64,000 nucleotides of DNA from Podarcis tiliguerta (taxonomy: Eukaryota), in assembly GCA_965153285.1 (NCBI GenBank), contig OZ229114.1; one strand, 5' to 3'. A model generated the notes under the pieces. It was not told the origin of the DNA and did no database searches. It worked only from the letters and a program-made list of their open reading frames with translations. A program made the translations under genes and the position numbers. Each line of letters starts with the position of its first letter. Position 1 is the first letter of the stretch. Positions 49,360 through 61,486 of this stretch are shown one piece after another.

Positions 49360-50295
49360 GTATGATTTTTAAAAAGTTTTCTCAGGCTTTTCTTGTAAAA
49401 CTGTAGAATGGAAACAGTGATCACTTTCTTTGGCCATCTCCGCCCCGCCCCCCAAAGTATGAGCAGTAAAAATAGTTATCAAGCAGTTTACATGTTGAAA
49501 GTGCACTCTGTAAATTGTGTGCTGCTCACTGGGTGGGCCATCAGTGTCTGCTTAGAATTGACATGAGATGCACATGCTTTCTGCTCTTGGTCTTAGGCAG
49601 GATTTTCTGTGACCTCTTAAGGCAGGCATGGGAAGCCTCTGGCCTGCAGGCCAAATTAGGCCTGACAGACGACCCCATCTGGTCAAGGCGATTTTGTTGC
49701 AGTTGCACCCACCAGTCACTCATCTGAAGTCATATGTCAGGTGTGTGTCACATAAAACTGCATCTGCAAAGGGAGCATTACAATTGGAAGCCTTGGAGTG
49801 CACTCATGATTGTTCCTTTGCAAGTAAAGCATTTAAATTCAGTGCTGAATACAAGTTGCACGGCTGGGGTCCAGTTCACTCAGGAGATCCCAACTGGATT
49901 TGAGGTTTGCTGAAAGCAGACCTGGGAACAGTTTCCCTAGCAGATCTGCAGCGTGGCTTGCATTTGATGGCAGATTTTAAACAATGCTGAATGGAAGCCC
50001 TGCTGGTTCAGATAGGGATCAGATCCACTTGATGTCATATAACTAGCTGATGTTCTCTGAGCAATACCTGCTTCTGTGGTTGGTTGCTTAACTGTTAGGT
50101 TACTTGAACTTGAGTTCAGGTGGATTTTAAGCAAACCAACACAATTCCCCCAAACCAGGAGCTTCTGTTGATGGGTGCAAAAGGTTTAGAAACTGGTATC
50201 CTTTGTATCTAAGTATGCAGTGAAGTCCCTCTCTGCACACTTAAAAAAATGTATCGTCATCAGTTGCCTTACCATAGTTGTTTTTCTCTTGAAAG

Positions 50296-50482
50296 GTGGT
50301 GGACGTTGAATTGCACCGGCATTCTTTTAGAGAAGAGTATGTCTTCTCCCAGTCTTCAGATTCTGATCTTTCTGATGCCCCCACCTCGTTGCATTTGCCA
50401 TTAAATATGCCAGCACCTGTAAAAGCATCCTCACCAATAAAGCAGATGCATGAATCCATTACGCATACTTCTGCTGAGAAAG
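50296..50482 (+). CDS. YEATS2: YEATS2 coding exon 9
   Basis: GAAAG|VVDVELHRHSFREEYVFSQSSDSDLSDAP...SAEKG|GTAAA; 187 nt. Confidence 0.93.
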
Positions 50483-50702
50483 GTAAAATAAAAACGCTGG
50501 GGTTACTTTAGTTGGCCCTTCTGTTGCTAACAGTTGTGTTTGTGTTTATTAACGAAAAATAAAATTCAATAAAAAAATTAATAAGGCGGGGTTGGTCAAC
50601 ATAATATGTGTGTGTCTTAGAGTTGGAGGAGAATTTGACCCAGACTGGAAACTGGCTGATCTGTCGATCCATAGTATGTATCCACCCAAACATATATTGG
50701 GA

Positions 50703-50850
50703 AGGGCCATAGCTCTTGCATGCCAAAGGTCCCAGGTTTAGTCCTTGACCATCTCAAGGTAGGGCTGGGAAAACCCTGGAGAGCTATTGCCAATCAGTGT
50801 AAACTCTGTGGACCAAGAGTCCAACTAGGTATAAGGCCGTTTCCTTTGTT
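50703..50850 (+). mobile_element. Squam3-like tRNA SINE, degraded
   Basis: GCATGCCAAAGGTCCCAGGTT...GGTAGGGCTGGGAAAACCCTGGAGAGC...TATAAGGCCGTTTCCT. Confidence 0.6.
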
Positions 50851-51135
50851 CTAAACAGTGTTATGTTGTAGAGTACATTATGATGAAAAAATTCTGATAC
50901 TGAAACTTACTGGAGACACATCCTAGTTGACGTGCAGTTTCAGTGGGTGTGCAAGGAGAGAAACTTTTTATGGAATAAATAGTCTGAATAGGAAAACACT
51001 ACGCTGTTTTGGAGATGGCGGCCTTTCAGATATTGAGAGCTCATTCTGAGGGACAGAAACAAGTTGTTTTTAACATTTTGATTTGTCTGCCTAGAAACAC
51101 TTCATAACACTTAGAAAAACACTTTTATTCATCAG

Positions 51136-51369
51136 GGTTCAGATCTGAAGCCGAAAGACATACGACCTTCTATTCCTTGCCGTCGTCTTTAGAACGGACT
51201 CCCACAAAGCTGGCTTCACAGAAAGTTACCTTTGGTTCTCACGGCAACTCAGCTTTTCAGCCAATTGCTGCTAGTTGCAAAATAGTGCCTCAGGGTCGAA
51301 TCCCAAGCCCTGCTGAGTCTCCGGGCAAGTCTTTTCAGCCCATCACCATGAGTTGCAAGATTGTGTCAG
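51136..51369 (+). CDS. YEATS2: YEATS2 coding exon 10
   Basis: ATCAG|FRSEAERHTTFYSLPSSLERTPTK...VTFGSHGNSAFQPI...SPGKSFQPITMSCKIVSG|GTATG; 234 nt. Confidence 0.92.
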
Positions 51370-52108
51370 GTATGGCTTGGTTTGTGCATCGAATTGTGTT
51401 GTACAGCAAGATAAGAATAAACTGCTTGCTCTTTCACTGAGTACAGTTACAATCTTGTATGTTGTGAGGAGGGGTGGGGGGTGGGGTGCCACACAAGTCA
51501 AGCCAGAAGCATGAGATGGTGACACTCAAGTAGACACTATGTCACATATGCAGCCTCCATACTTAGGAGTAGTTTTGCTCCTAGTCTACTGAGCCCCTGT
51601 CTTCTAGGTTGTAAACTCCCTAGTTCGTAGGTCATAAGGGGCAAAATGCTAAGAAGCATTACAAAATGTTTAATGCTACTGGGGATGAACAAGAAGCCCA
51701 CAGCCTTAAGGCACATAGGGCCAGATTCTGTTAATGAGCCTTGCTCTTGTGTCCCACAAATTGGCTTGGAGGTTGTTGGGGGAAGGGGAAGCAGAGGGGA
51801 GATTTTTCCATTTGATGGAGCAATCTCCTTAGCACCACCTTGATAATTCCTTCCATAGTCCTCTATAGTTTGCTGTAGAAGTTGTGATGGGAAAAAGTTT
51901 CATCTTTCAATGTTCTAACTTCCTGTACAGAAGTCTGTTTCTGAAGAAAACACAGCAGGTGCCTGTGTTTTCATGGAGCTGCTTCTACGCTTGCAGTAGA
52001 ATTGATTCTGCAAATTGCTGCTATTGTTGTTGTCGTCGTCACTTCGTTACCGTCACTTTGGATATCTGTCTGACATGTACAATGGAGAATCCCTTTCTGT
52101 TTCCTTAG

Positions 52109-52267
52109 GATCTCCAATATCGACCCCAAGTCCTTCTCCACTACCTCGAACTCCAACTTCTACTCCAGTGCATATGAAGCAAGGGGCTGCCACCCCTGTT
52201 GTCAATAACCCTTATGTTATTGTGGACAAGCCTGGTCAACCAGTTGGGGCAACAGCCACGAGCACAG
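52109..52267 (+). CDS. YEATS2: YEATS2 coding exon 11
   Basis: CCTTAG|SPISTPSPSPLPRTPTSTPVHMKQG...NNPYVIVDKPGQ...STG|GTGTG; 159 nt. Confidence 0.92.
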
Positions 52268-52788
52268 GTGTGGACTGTATGCGGGTGGGGAAGAATGTGC
52301 TCTCCTTTCCAGAGCCTTTGCAGTGTGTGTTTTGATTTGCCTTTGAGGCAGAATGTTCAGAATAACCCCTAACCCCTTGTGTGCTTCGCTCATGTCTTAA
52401 TTGTCATTGCTGGAACAGCCATCTCCCTCACTAACTTTTGTTTTGTTTGTAAAAGATATTTTCCTTTCCTAAGACTCCTTACTCCACAAACCTTACAACA
52501 GCCTTCAGCGACCCTGTGCCCTCTGGATATTTTGGTCTACAACAAAACATCCCTCCAAAACATCTTGCAGATGCTGGGTTGATGAAGGCTGCCTTATAGC
52601 ATTCACTTCCATTCTCTTTGATCAGTTTGCCAGGGACAAGCAGTTGTTGTAAAGTAAATTGCTTGTCTATCCTTAGTTGCATCGAGCAGCTTTTTGCAGG
52701 TTTAGACATACCATCATAGATTAGTCAACTGCAAACATACTTCACTGAAGGCAGTTCCTGTAAAAGTGATTGTGTTCTGTGCATGCTA

Positions 52789-52970
52789 AGAACATAGGAA
52801 GGTATCTTACACTGAGTCAGACCAGTGGTCCATCTAGTAGTCTAAACTGACTGGCAGCAGCTCTCCAGGGTTTCAGGCAGGGAGTCGCTCACAGCTCTAC
52901 CTAGAGATGCTGGGACTTGAACCTGGGGTCTTCTCCATGCAAGGCAGATGCCCTGCCATTGAGCTACTGC
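52789..52970 (-). mobile_element. Squam3-like tRNA SINE
   Basis: Reverse-complement copy: AACATAGGAAG...GAGTCAGACCA...CTCTCCAGGGTTTCAGGCAGGGAGTC...GAACCTGGG...GAGCTAC. Confidence 0.65.
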
Positions 52971-53014
52971 TCTTCACTTTTCCTACCTGCGCTTCTCTGT
53001 TCTACAGTGTAACA

Positions 53015-53151
53015 CAGGCTTTCTTAACCCTGGCCCTCCAGATGTTTTTTAGCCTACAACTCCCATGATCCCTAGCTAGCAGGACCAGTGGTCAGGGATG
53101 CTGGGAATTGTAGTCTCAAAACATCTGGAGGGCCGAGGTTGAGGAAGCCTG
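53015..53151. mobile_element. hAT-type MITE, same family as 12714
   Basis: Near-identical sequence and TIRs to 12714-12848; no recognisable TSD. Confidence 0.75.
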
Positions 53152-53601
53152 GTAGAAGGTGGGGGAGGGGAACTTTTGCACCCAGAACTTTTCAGCTCAG
53201 AGACACTGCTGAGAGACGGGGAAAGTGTAGGAAATGGTGGCAACCATCTCTCACGTGATTTGTGCCTAGTCCTGGCAGAGCTGTAGGTTCTCTGGGGCTG
53301 CATTCAGCATGTGGGCATAGAAGAGATGTATTGCTTTCTAGCAAAATGGGAAGCAGACTGGCAAATGAGCACCCGTCCTCTCTGTGGCTTTGTGGGTGGG
53401 AAGCAATGGTGTCCCCCTCTGCCTGTGAACCACCTGCCATGTTGCCTTCCTTGCAAGCAGGCAGCGGTTGTTCCATTCCACCAGTTGTCTAGCAAGGAAA
53501 AGATGGTTCTGTTCAGAGAGCTGTAATGTGACAGTTGTTAGAACACACTGGAGCTACACCAGGATGGCCAAATGTGTGCTGTTGTATTTCTCAATATATA
53601 G

Positions 53602-53705
53602 GGAGCCCTGGAAGTAAGGCTTCAAGTGTTTCTCAAGCCTCTCAAGGGACAGCATCTCCGGTATCAAAGATCCCTGGGAGCAGTTTGGTAACCTCTGCTG
53701 TCAAG
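53602..53705 (+). CDS. YEATS2: YEATS2 coding exon 12
   Basis: TATAG|SPGSKASSVSQASQGTASPVSKIPGSSLVTSAVK|GTAAC; 104 nt. Confidence 0.9.
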
Positions 53706-55441
53706 GTAACATTTGTTTGTTTGGCTTTTCTGTTTTTGTTTTGTTTTTAGAAACTTGTTCAGGTGGAGTATTTTGTCTTTTATTCCTTGATATTCCATGG
53801 CAGTGTAGTGCCTTTTTCTGGAAACTATTTGTAGAGTTCTGGTTCATTTTATTTATTCATTAAATTTATATCCTACTGCTTCTCCCAGGGTGGCAAGCAG
53901 TAAGCGATAAAACATCTTAAAAACATGGTTAAGTGTTTTATTTCTGCATCCCAAACATCTCTTGTGTTGGGTCTGCTTTCAAATGTCTCTCAAGTGCTCT
54001 ATCCCTAGTGTTCTCCCACCAAAACCACAATTTTCTCTGTATTTCACGGCCCTGTTTTTCAGTGGTGTTTGGAGAAGCCAAAATGCCCATTTGCAACACT
54101 GTCATGTGTCTCTCTATTTCTAAGTAAGTCCTACTGAATTCAGTAGAGCTGACATCCTAGGTAAGCATGCATAGGATTAGGGACTTGGGCAGTTTTTCCC
54201 TCCAGGGTAAGGCAATGAACTTGCCTTCACCAGCCAGAGGAAAAAATGGTTCACTGGGTAGTCTGGGCATGGCCTATTTATAAATTACATTGGTGGAAGA
54301 CACACAATCTCCGTAGTTGCAACATGTTTCACATTTCCAAAAACCAACAAGTAAGCTGAGGTTATTGAGTGCATTTCTTGTTAAGTGTGGTGTTGTCTTC
54401 TGTGTAGGCACAAATTTTGTATTTAGGGAAAACAGAGGTAGCACTTGACAACTTTATAGCTACCATTGTCAAAATAATATTTATGTAAACATTTGGGGTG
54501 AGGGAAAGAGATTCCAAATAGCCAGTGGTGATTGGGAACCTCGCCAGTAGAGAAGCACTGGGAGCAATTCATTTGGCTTTTGAAGCTGACACAGATGAAT
54601 GATGTTAGTATACTTCTGGGCTGGGGAAGAAATCTCAAAGGTACAGAACTAGATTGTTGCAGATAAATGGTACTTCAGAAGGTGATGGATTTGTAGCAGA
54701 ATTTGGAACTTTTGAATACTTGCTTTTATTACTGCTTACAAAAGAGAACATTCACCATAAGCTAAATCATCTTAAGAAGGGATTGATAAGCTTGTTGTGT
54801 GTTTCAATAGACTGCTTCTAGTATTTAAAACAAGATAATTTTTGTCTAGAATTGTTTCCTATGCAACTTGGGTGTTGATGCAAAAGTAGTAGAGAAAGCC
54901 ATTCCTTTGTCACTTATGAAAGCATCTCTACGTAGCAAGTTCTGTGCCGTTTTAACCAAACCTGGCACAGGTTAATGATGGTGATTTGTAATGAACAACA
55001 TGCGTTCAGTAACAAGCTCATTGTATTTGGGAAGATTTTAATGAATTGAAGCCCTCCTAAAAGTGAGGATCTCTATTTCTGTACTTAACTAGGGCTGCTA
55101 AATGCACTAAACATTATTTTTGCATCTGTCATTTTAACTGTTCAGTTTACATTTATTACCAAAAGTTCAGTATTTAAAGGAGGACAGCATAACGTATGCT
55201 ATAATAAACAAAGGTACGATTGTTAGAAGTTTAGATTCTCTTTCATTTTAGAATCACAACTGAACCAACGGCTTTAAGGTAATAAAACTTTGTGTCGTTA
55301 ACTCCCCATGAAACCCAGAACTTTTTGCAGGCCCAGGTTTGCTTATGCTCCTTCTCTTGAATAAGCTCATTTCTTGTATCATAGTGCTTAAAAAATAATA
55401 ATTGCATAGTTAACTTAATTGTCTGCTTTGTATAATTCTAG

Positions 55442-55549
55442 CAGGAAGACTCTCTCTTTGCAACCATGCCACCTCTGTGTCCAATTGGGAGTCACTCCAA
55501 GGTACAAAGTCCTAAATCTGTGACCGGAGGATTTGGAACATTTACAAAG
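55442..55549 (+). CDS. YEATS2: YEATS2 coding exon 13 (tandem TAGCAG acceptor)
   Basis: TTCTAG|QEDSLFATMPPLCPIGSHSKVQSPKSVTGGFGTFTK|GTATT; 108 nt; not in the ORF track. Confidence 0.9.
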
Positions 55550-55901
55550 GTATTGGAAGTCTTATTATTCTCTTTAGAAACTCTATAGAAAACTCTATAG
55601 AAAGTTTCTCTATAGAAACTTTATTTGCAAATAAATACTACCAAAGCAAACTTGCCCAAGTATTGAAAGTACCCATTCTGATTTTTGTTTCGCTCTTTCC
55701 ATAGTGTCTAGGGAACAGAATGACCTGACAAATTTACCTCACCACCTTTTTCTTCTTTTTTATTGTTACACAAGCAACTGACTTTCTTTGGGGGAAGATA
55801 ATGTTAATATACAAGTAATATGTGTGGTGCTTGGTCTTTATATATCAGTAAATATTTTGCAACTGGTCTGCCCAGAGCTGAGATTGAGCTCTGATACTAT
55901 A

Positions 55902-56151
55902 CAGTCATACCTTGGATCCCAAATGCCTTGCGAGTCAAACGTTTTGGCTCCTGAACGCCACAAACCTGGAAGTCAGTGTTCCGGTTTGTGAACGTTCTTA
56001 GGAACCAGAATATCCGACGGGGCTTCCGTGGCTTCTGATTGGCTGCAGGACCTTCCTGCAGCCAATCAGAAGCCACACCTTGGTTTCCGAACATTTTGGA
56101 AGTCAAACGGACTTCCAGAACGGATTCCGTTCGACTTGGGAGGTACCACTG
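55902..56151. mobile_element. TA-flanked MITE (family B-related) with internal palindrome
   Basis: CAGTCATACCTTGG...GAGGTACCACTG flanked by TA; shares GATTGGCTGCAGGA...TCCTGCA with the 27068 copy. Confidence 0.75.
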
Positions 56152-56423
56152 TACTGTTTCAGGGCAAACCAGACATGTTTCAGATATTCTTTGCAAATAT
56201 ACTCCTCTTCTGGTAACTTCTCTCAGAAGCTGTTCTTACCGTGTCCCCTGGTTTTAGGATACAGATGCAACTATGAACTTTTGAGGGACAGTCATATATG
56301 AATTACTTAGTGCTCAATCAAGCAACCTATTTGTTTCTTGTAAAAAAAATAGACAGCCATGGTGTCTTTATGGGGTTTTTTAGTAGAGATTAAATTCTTC
56401 CCTTCCACTTGATTTATTTGAAG

Positions 56424-56597
56424 GTAATAATCAAGCAAGAGCCTGGAGAACCGCCTCAACAGTCTCCAGCATCAGTGACTGGGACAACCTCTCAGACCTC
56501 AGTGCAGCAATACGTTACGGTGAAAGGAAGTCACATGATTGCTTTGTCACCCCAGAAGCAGATTGTGAGCACTGGAGAGGGAGCCACATCCTCTAAG
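56424..56597 (+). CDS. YEATS2: YEATS2 coding exon 14
   Basis: TTGAAG|VIIKQEPGEPPQQSPASV...QYVTVKGSHMIALSPQKQ...SSK|GTAAA; 174 nt. Confidence 0.92.
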
Positions 56598-57249
56598 GTA
56601 AAATAGTTTCCATTTCTTTTTATTTCCTTCGGCTGTTTTCACCTGGCTGTAGGTCATCCCCACCTATTTTCAAGCTGTGGTGTGCAGATGTAGATTCGAA
56701 CCTGGATTTAGTTGCCTGCTGTGCTGAAATGTTTTAATTTATTTCATTTATATGTTTGTTTAAAACTTTTTTGGTGGATGAATGAAAGTATAGAAGTGCC
56801 TAAATTAAATAAATGCATTTGTGTCTACTAAAGACACAGTCAGTGCTTTCGGAATGTGGAAAAACACCAGTTCAGAAACCATATAGTTTCTTTGTAAACC
56901 TGCATTTTGCATCTGGGTAGCATGTCCTGCATTTGTTCTCACACAGCTGCCACTTCAGGCCCAGTTTGTGCAGCTGACTTTTTCGCATTTTTAAAATCCC
57001 ATTGCAGTAATATTGTATCTGTTGCCTTAGAAAGGTTATTATATTTGTTATCCATAGATACGTTTTGGTTTGTGATGGGCTTTTAAGTGGTATAACATTC
57101 ATATAACCAAACTGAGTTAATTGATGATTGCCAGGTTTTGAGTCACCTGTGTTTGTTTGGTTGTTGTAATGCCGTATTGTTTTTCGTGTTTTCCTGCTCT
57201 CTAATGGGCCAGTTCAATTAATAGATGGCCACAATCTGTTTTACTGTAG

Positions 57250-57496
57250 GTCATTGGTGTTCCAGTCGGGTCTGCTTTACCCAAGCAAGCTGTGGCTATC
57301 GGTGGCGGGCAGATATTAGTAGCAAAATCCAGCCCTTCTGTCACAAAGGCCGTTGGTGGAAAGCAAGTTGTAACACAAGGAGTTGCGAAAGCAATTGTGA
57401 GTGGCGGTGGAGGGACCATCGTGGCCCAGCCTGTGCAGACTTTAACGAAAGCTCAGGTGCCCTCAGGAGCTCCCAAAAGTGGAACTCAAGGACCAG
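57250..57496 (+). CDS. YEATS2: YEATS2 coding exon 15
   Basis: CTGTAG|VIGVPVGSALPKQAVAIGGGQILVAK...KQVVTQGVAKAIVSGGGGTIVAQPVQTLTKAQ...GP G|GTAAA; 247 nt. Confidence 0.93.
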
Positions 57497-58485
57497 GTAA
57501 AGCTATCTTATTTGCAGACACCTTCAGAAACAGTTACATGGAACCAGTTAATATGCAGTTCTGGAATATTCTAATCTTCTAAATCCAGTTGAGGTGTGGC
57601 ATGCATAAATTTACCAAGCAGGACTGTAGAAAAAGCATTTTCAGTGCTAGTTTGTGCTGTTGTAACCCATGTCTAGGCACTGAAGGGAGCTGTCTTCATG
57701 TTACACCTGTGTAACATCGCACTTCTGTACCTATTCCTGTTGAAAATGCAGTGAGAAACAGATTGTCCAAGAGCTGTTTACCACAACAGCCGCTCGCAAG
57801 AAGTGGTCTTTTGCCTTCACCAGTGCAGATTTCTTCATTCTTTCTAAAGAATATATTTTGCTAGTTTTTAGAAAGACAGGAGGAGCATGGGTGCAGGGTC
57901 AGAAAGACAGTTTGCCCCCTTCCAGTGGAAATTTCTTGTTCTGCCTTGTGAGCTTTCGTTTGTTTTTTTTGCTTGTGACTCCTCTGCCTTCAATAACTTC
58001 TGCTCCTTCGATCAGTTTTGCTTACGCCCACGCACTCCTCTTTGTACAATGAATTTCCCAAGCACGCGCCCTTTGCAGTTCTGTTCAGATTCTTCCTCAC
58101 AGCCCTCTCCTTCCGCAAGATCTTGTTCTGCTAAAGCTTCCAAGTATTCACGTGCATTTTGCTCACAATCCTATAATGCAACAGCTTGCCTCCATCTTCC
58201 ACAACTGGAGGTTGAGAGCTTCTGTAAATGGAGGGTTTGCCTCTTCCTTGCTGTGTGAAGTGACTTGAACTTGAATCCCAGTATGAAGAAAAAAACTATT
58301 GTTGAAGTCATAGTGGAAGTCATTGGCTCACCATCTTAAAAAAAAAGTACTCTGGAAATAAATAGAAATGATACAGATAATGATTATTGCTGGTTTTGTC
58401 TGTTCCTGTTTGAAACAGTGTGTGGCAAAAGATTGTCTCTGTAAAGCTGAGTGATCTTCATTTTTGTTTCCACTTTTCCTTTCAG

Positions 58486-58647
58486 TGATGGCAACATTGC
58501 AACTTCCAGCCACGAATCTGGCCAACTTGGCAAATCTGCCCCCCGGGACTAAGCTGTACCTTACCACAAACAGCAAGAACCCTTCTGGGAAAGGAAAGCT
58601 GCTGCTTATACCTCAAGGAGCCATTCTGCGAGCCACAAATAATGCCA
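58486..58647 (+). CDS. YEATS2: YEATS2 coding exon 16
   Basis: TTTCAG|VMATLQLPATNLANLANLPPGTKLYLTTNSKNPSGKGKLLLIPQGAILRATNNA A|GTTAGT; 162 nt. Confidence 0.95.
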
Positions 58648-58850
58648 GTTAGTGTTAAACGGGTTGAATCTAATGTGCTTGGTGTAGTGATTCCATAACA
58701 CACATGAATGGAGTAGACGCTGCTACCCTAGTCTGGCCATGTGGCGTCCCCCTAAAGGCAACAACTGTTAAACGGTGCCTCCTTGAAGCTTGTTAAAATG
58801 AATAATGGGACTAGGCTGCCCTGCATATGTGATTGTTTTGTTTGTTCCAG

Positions 58851-58960
58851 ATCTGCAGTCAGGCTCTTCAGCAAGCGGAGGTGGGGCAGCCCAAAGCACA
58901 AGTACTGGCTTATCACAGCATCTTACCTACACGTCCTACATCCTCAAGCAAACACCACAG
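58851..58960 (+). CDS. YEATS2: YEATS2 coding exon 17
   Basis: TTCCAG|NLQSGSSASGGGAAQSTSTGLSQHLTYTSYILKQTPQ|GTCAGT; 110 nt. Confidence 0.93.
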
Positions 58961-60009
58961 GTCAGTCATAATCCAGTTTTCTGGGATGAAGGCTCATCAC
59001 ATGGGCCCATGGTTCCAGCTGTCATCCAAAAAAAAGGAAATGCACTCAGAGTTGCAGGAAGTAGGCATGACCAGTTCTCTTCATCCGCATTCCATTTCTT
59101 GCAGTCACTGTGGTCTTTGTTTTGGAGTTGGGGGTGGGGGTGGGGGTTTCTCCATGAGTTTTGCCACTCCCTTCTATTGATCTCTGCTGTTGCTGGATGC
59201 TAGATAAAACATGAGTGGCTCTAGGTTAGGTCACTAATACAATTGGTTAGAGCAGGGAAAGCCCATGTGTTTGCTGGACTCCAGTTTCCACCCTTCCTAA
59301 CCACTGGCCATGCAAGTTCTGGCTGATGGTTGTTGGGAATCCCAACAATATGTGGAGGGCACTACATTGGTGATATACTCCTGGGTTAGAGTATGCCTTA
59401 TATTTGAGCCTAAAGGCTTACGAAGCAGGAATCGGCTTACTAGGAGCTCTTATATTGAGAAAGCACAGTCTCTGTGAATCTGCGCTGACATTTTTTCTTG
59501 TCTCCATAGCAAATATGTAATAATGATAGTTGTGCAGGAGGCAATTGCATTATGTAGTACAACAGTGGCCAGGCTGAATTCAATGAAACAAACAGTGAGG
59601 AAGACGTGTTTTATGCACATCTGAAACCGTTTGACAGGATAATGTATAAATAAAAATAAAATTTATTCATAATTCGCCTTCCCCAGCCTATCGCCTTCCA
59701 GATATTGTTGGACTCCCAGCTCTCTCCCATAAGTCTCCGCCAGCGTGGGCCATGGCCAGGAATGAGGAGAGTTGGGAGGCCAGCAACATCAGGTTGGGGG
59801 AGGTTGTAGAGTTTCTTAAAGATGAGGTGGTATCCCCCAGATAAGTGGTACTGGAAGAGCAAAACAGTTTGCCTGTCAAAAAATCAAACCTGAGAGGGCC
59901 AGAATTTGCAGTAGGACTTCTTCTTTAGAGAGGTTTCTCTTAGGTGGTGGTGGTGGTGGGAGCAGAGTCCTTGGAGCACTCACTGTAGCAGTTTCTTTCT
60001 TTGGTCCAG

Positions 60010-60171
60010 GGCACCTTTTTAGTTGGTCAGCCTTCTCACCAGAGTTCTGCAAAACAAGCAACATCTGGAACAGTTGTGCAAGGGAACACAAGTGCCGGGA
60101 CACCATCTGCACAAGGACACCAGGCGTTGAAAGTGATAACGGGACACAAAACGGCGGCTCTGTTTGCACAG
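60010..60171 (+). CDS. YEATS2: YEATS2 coding exon 18
   Basis: GTCCAG|GTFLVGQPSHQSSAKQ...QALKVITGHKTAALFAQ|GTAAC; 162 nt. Confidence 0.92.
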
Positions 60172-60778
60172 GTAACTGCCATGTTTAGGGCTTTGATTGG
60201 GATTGAAAGAGCAAACACACAACTGGTCCAAGGGGGCTTTGGGCTTGCGTGTACTGTGAAACAGTAGCCCTTTCAGTATGCCTACATATCATGTAACTTC
60301 TGAAATGGGAGGGGGCTTTCAAAAGGTGCTTGTGATATGACATGGGGCTGGTGAGGTCAGTTATCCAAATGAAATGCCCCTGGGCATGCCCAAGTCCTTG
60401 GGGATGTCTAAAGTAGCTCCCTGGATCTCAGCCTTTATTGCAGACTTTTGTTATCAAAGGAAAAATTCAACACCATAAAAAGGTTCTCGACTTCCTCATC
60501 AGAATAGTGGGATTGGGAGTGGGGAAGTAGAAACAAGGAATTACTTTCAATTGCTTTCCAAACAGTAACTGTATTGATCTGTTGTACAGAAAAAGAAAAG
60601 TAATCCCATCAAACCCAGTGGGACTTTCTTCTTGGTATTCTGTGTTTCCAGGCCCATCCCAAAGTATTTAAAAACAGACTGGGAGGAATGCCCGCTTGTT
60701 TTCATCACATTTTTTTTGCAAACCTTTGATTCACAGGAAGTTGCGGTTTCCACTTAAATTTTTATTTTCATTTCAAAG

Positions 60779-60952
60779 GCAGCTTCCAGTGGACAAGCAT
60801 CACTGATGAAAATATCCGATAATACACTGAAAACCTTGCCAGCATCGTCGCAGCTCTCAAAACCTGGCACCACTGTGCTAAGAGTATCTGGTGGAGTGAT
60901 CACTGCAGCGACAACGTCGTCCGTGACTCTGCCAACAAATGGAGTTGCACAG
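60779..60952 (+). CDS. YEATS2: YEATS2 coding exon 19
   Basis: TTCAAAG|AASSGQASLMKISDNTLKTLPASSQLSKPGTTVLRVSGGVITAATTSSVTLPTNGVAQ|GTGAGG; 174 nt; not in the ORF track. Confidence 0.92.
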
Positions 60953-61143
60953 GTGAGGTCAAGTGGTATGTCAGGTTTCTAGTGCAAGTGCAACCGCTCA
61001 GGAAAGTATGGCTTCTGCACATGAAGCCTATGAAATTAGAATCTTCTACTTCATCAGTTTTGATTCCCTTGAAGTAAAAGGTATTTTAAATTTTCAGAAA
61101 CTGTCCTGCTTGCTACTAGCTTTACTTAAAAAGAAAAGAAATT

Positions 61144-61486
61144 GTTGTTTAGTCGTTTAGTCGTGTCCGACTCTTCGTGACCCCATGGACCAGAGCACCC
61201 CAGGCACTCCTGTCTTCCACTGCCTCCCGCAGTTTGGTCAGACTCATGCTGGTAGCTTCAAGAACACTATCCAACCATATCGTCCTCTGTCTCCTTGCGC
61301 CCTCCATCTTTCCCAACACCAGGGCCTTTTCCAGGGAGTCTTCTCTTCTCATGAGGTGGCCAAAGTATTGGAGCCTCAGCTTCAGGATCTGTCCTTCCAG
61401 TGAGCACTCAGGGCTGATTTCCTTAAGAATGGATGCGTTTGATCTTCTTGCAGTCCATGGGACTCTCAAGAGTCTCCTCCAGCACC
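61144..61486 (-). mobile_element. BovB (RTE clade) LINE 3' fragment
   Basis: WCWRRLLRVPWTARRSNASILKEISPECSLEGQILKLRLQYFGHLMRREDSLEK...LVHGVTKSRTRLND is the typical BovB ORF C-terminus; short (CAA)n tail; 7-bp TSD AGAAATT at 61137-61143 and 61487-61493. Confidence 0.93.
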
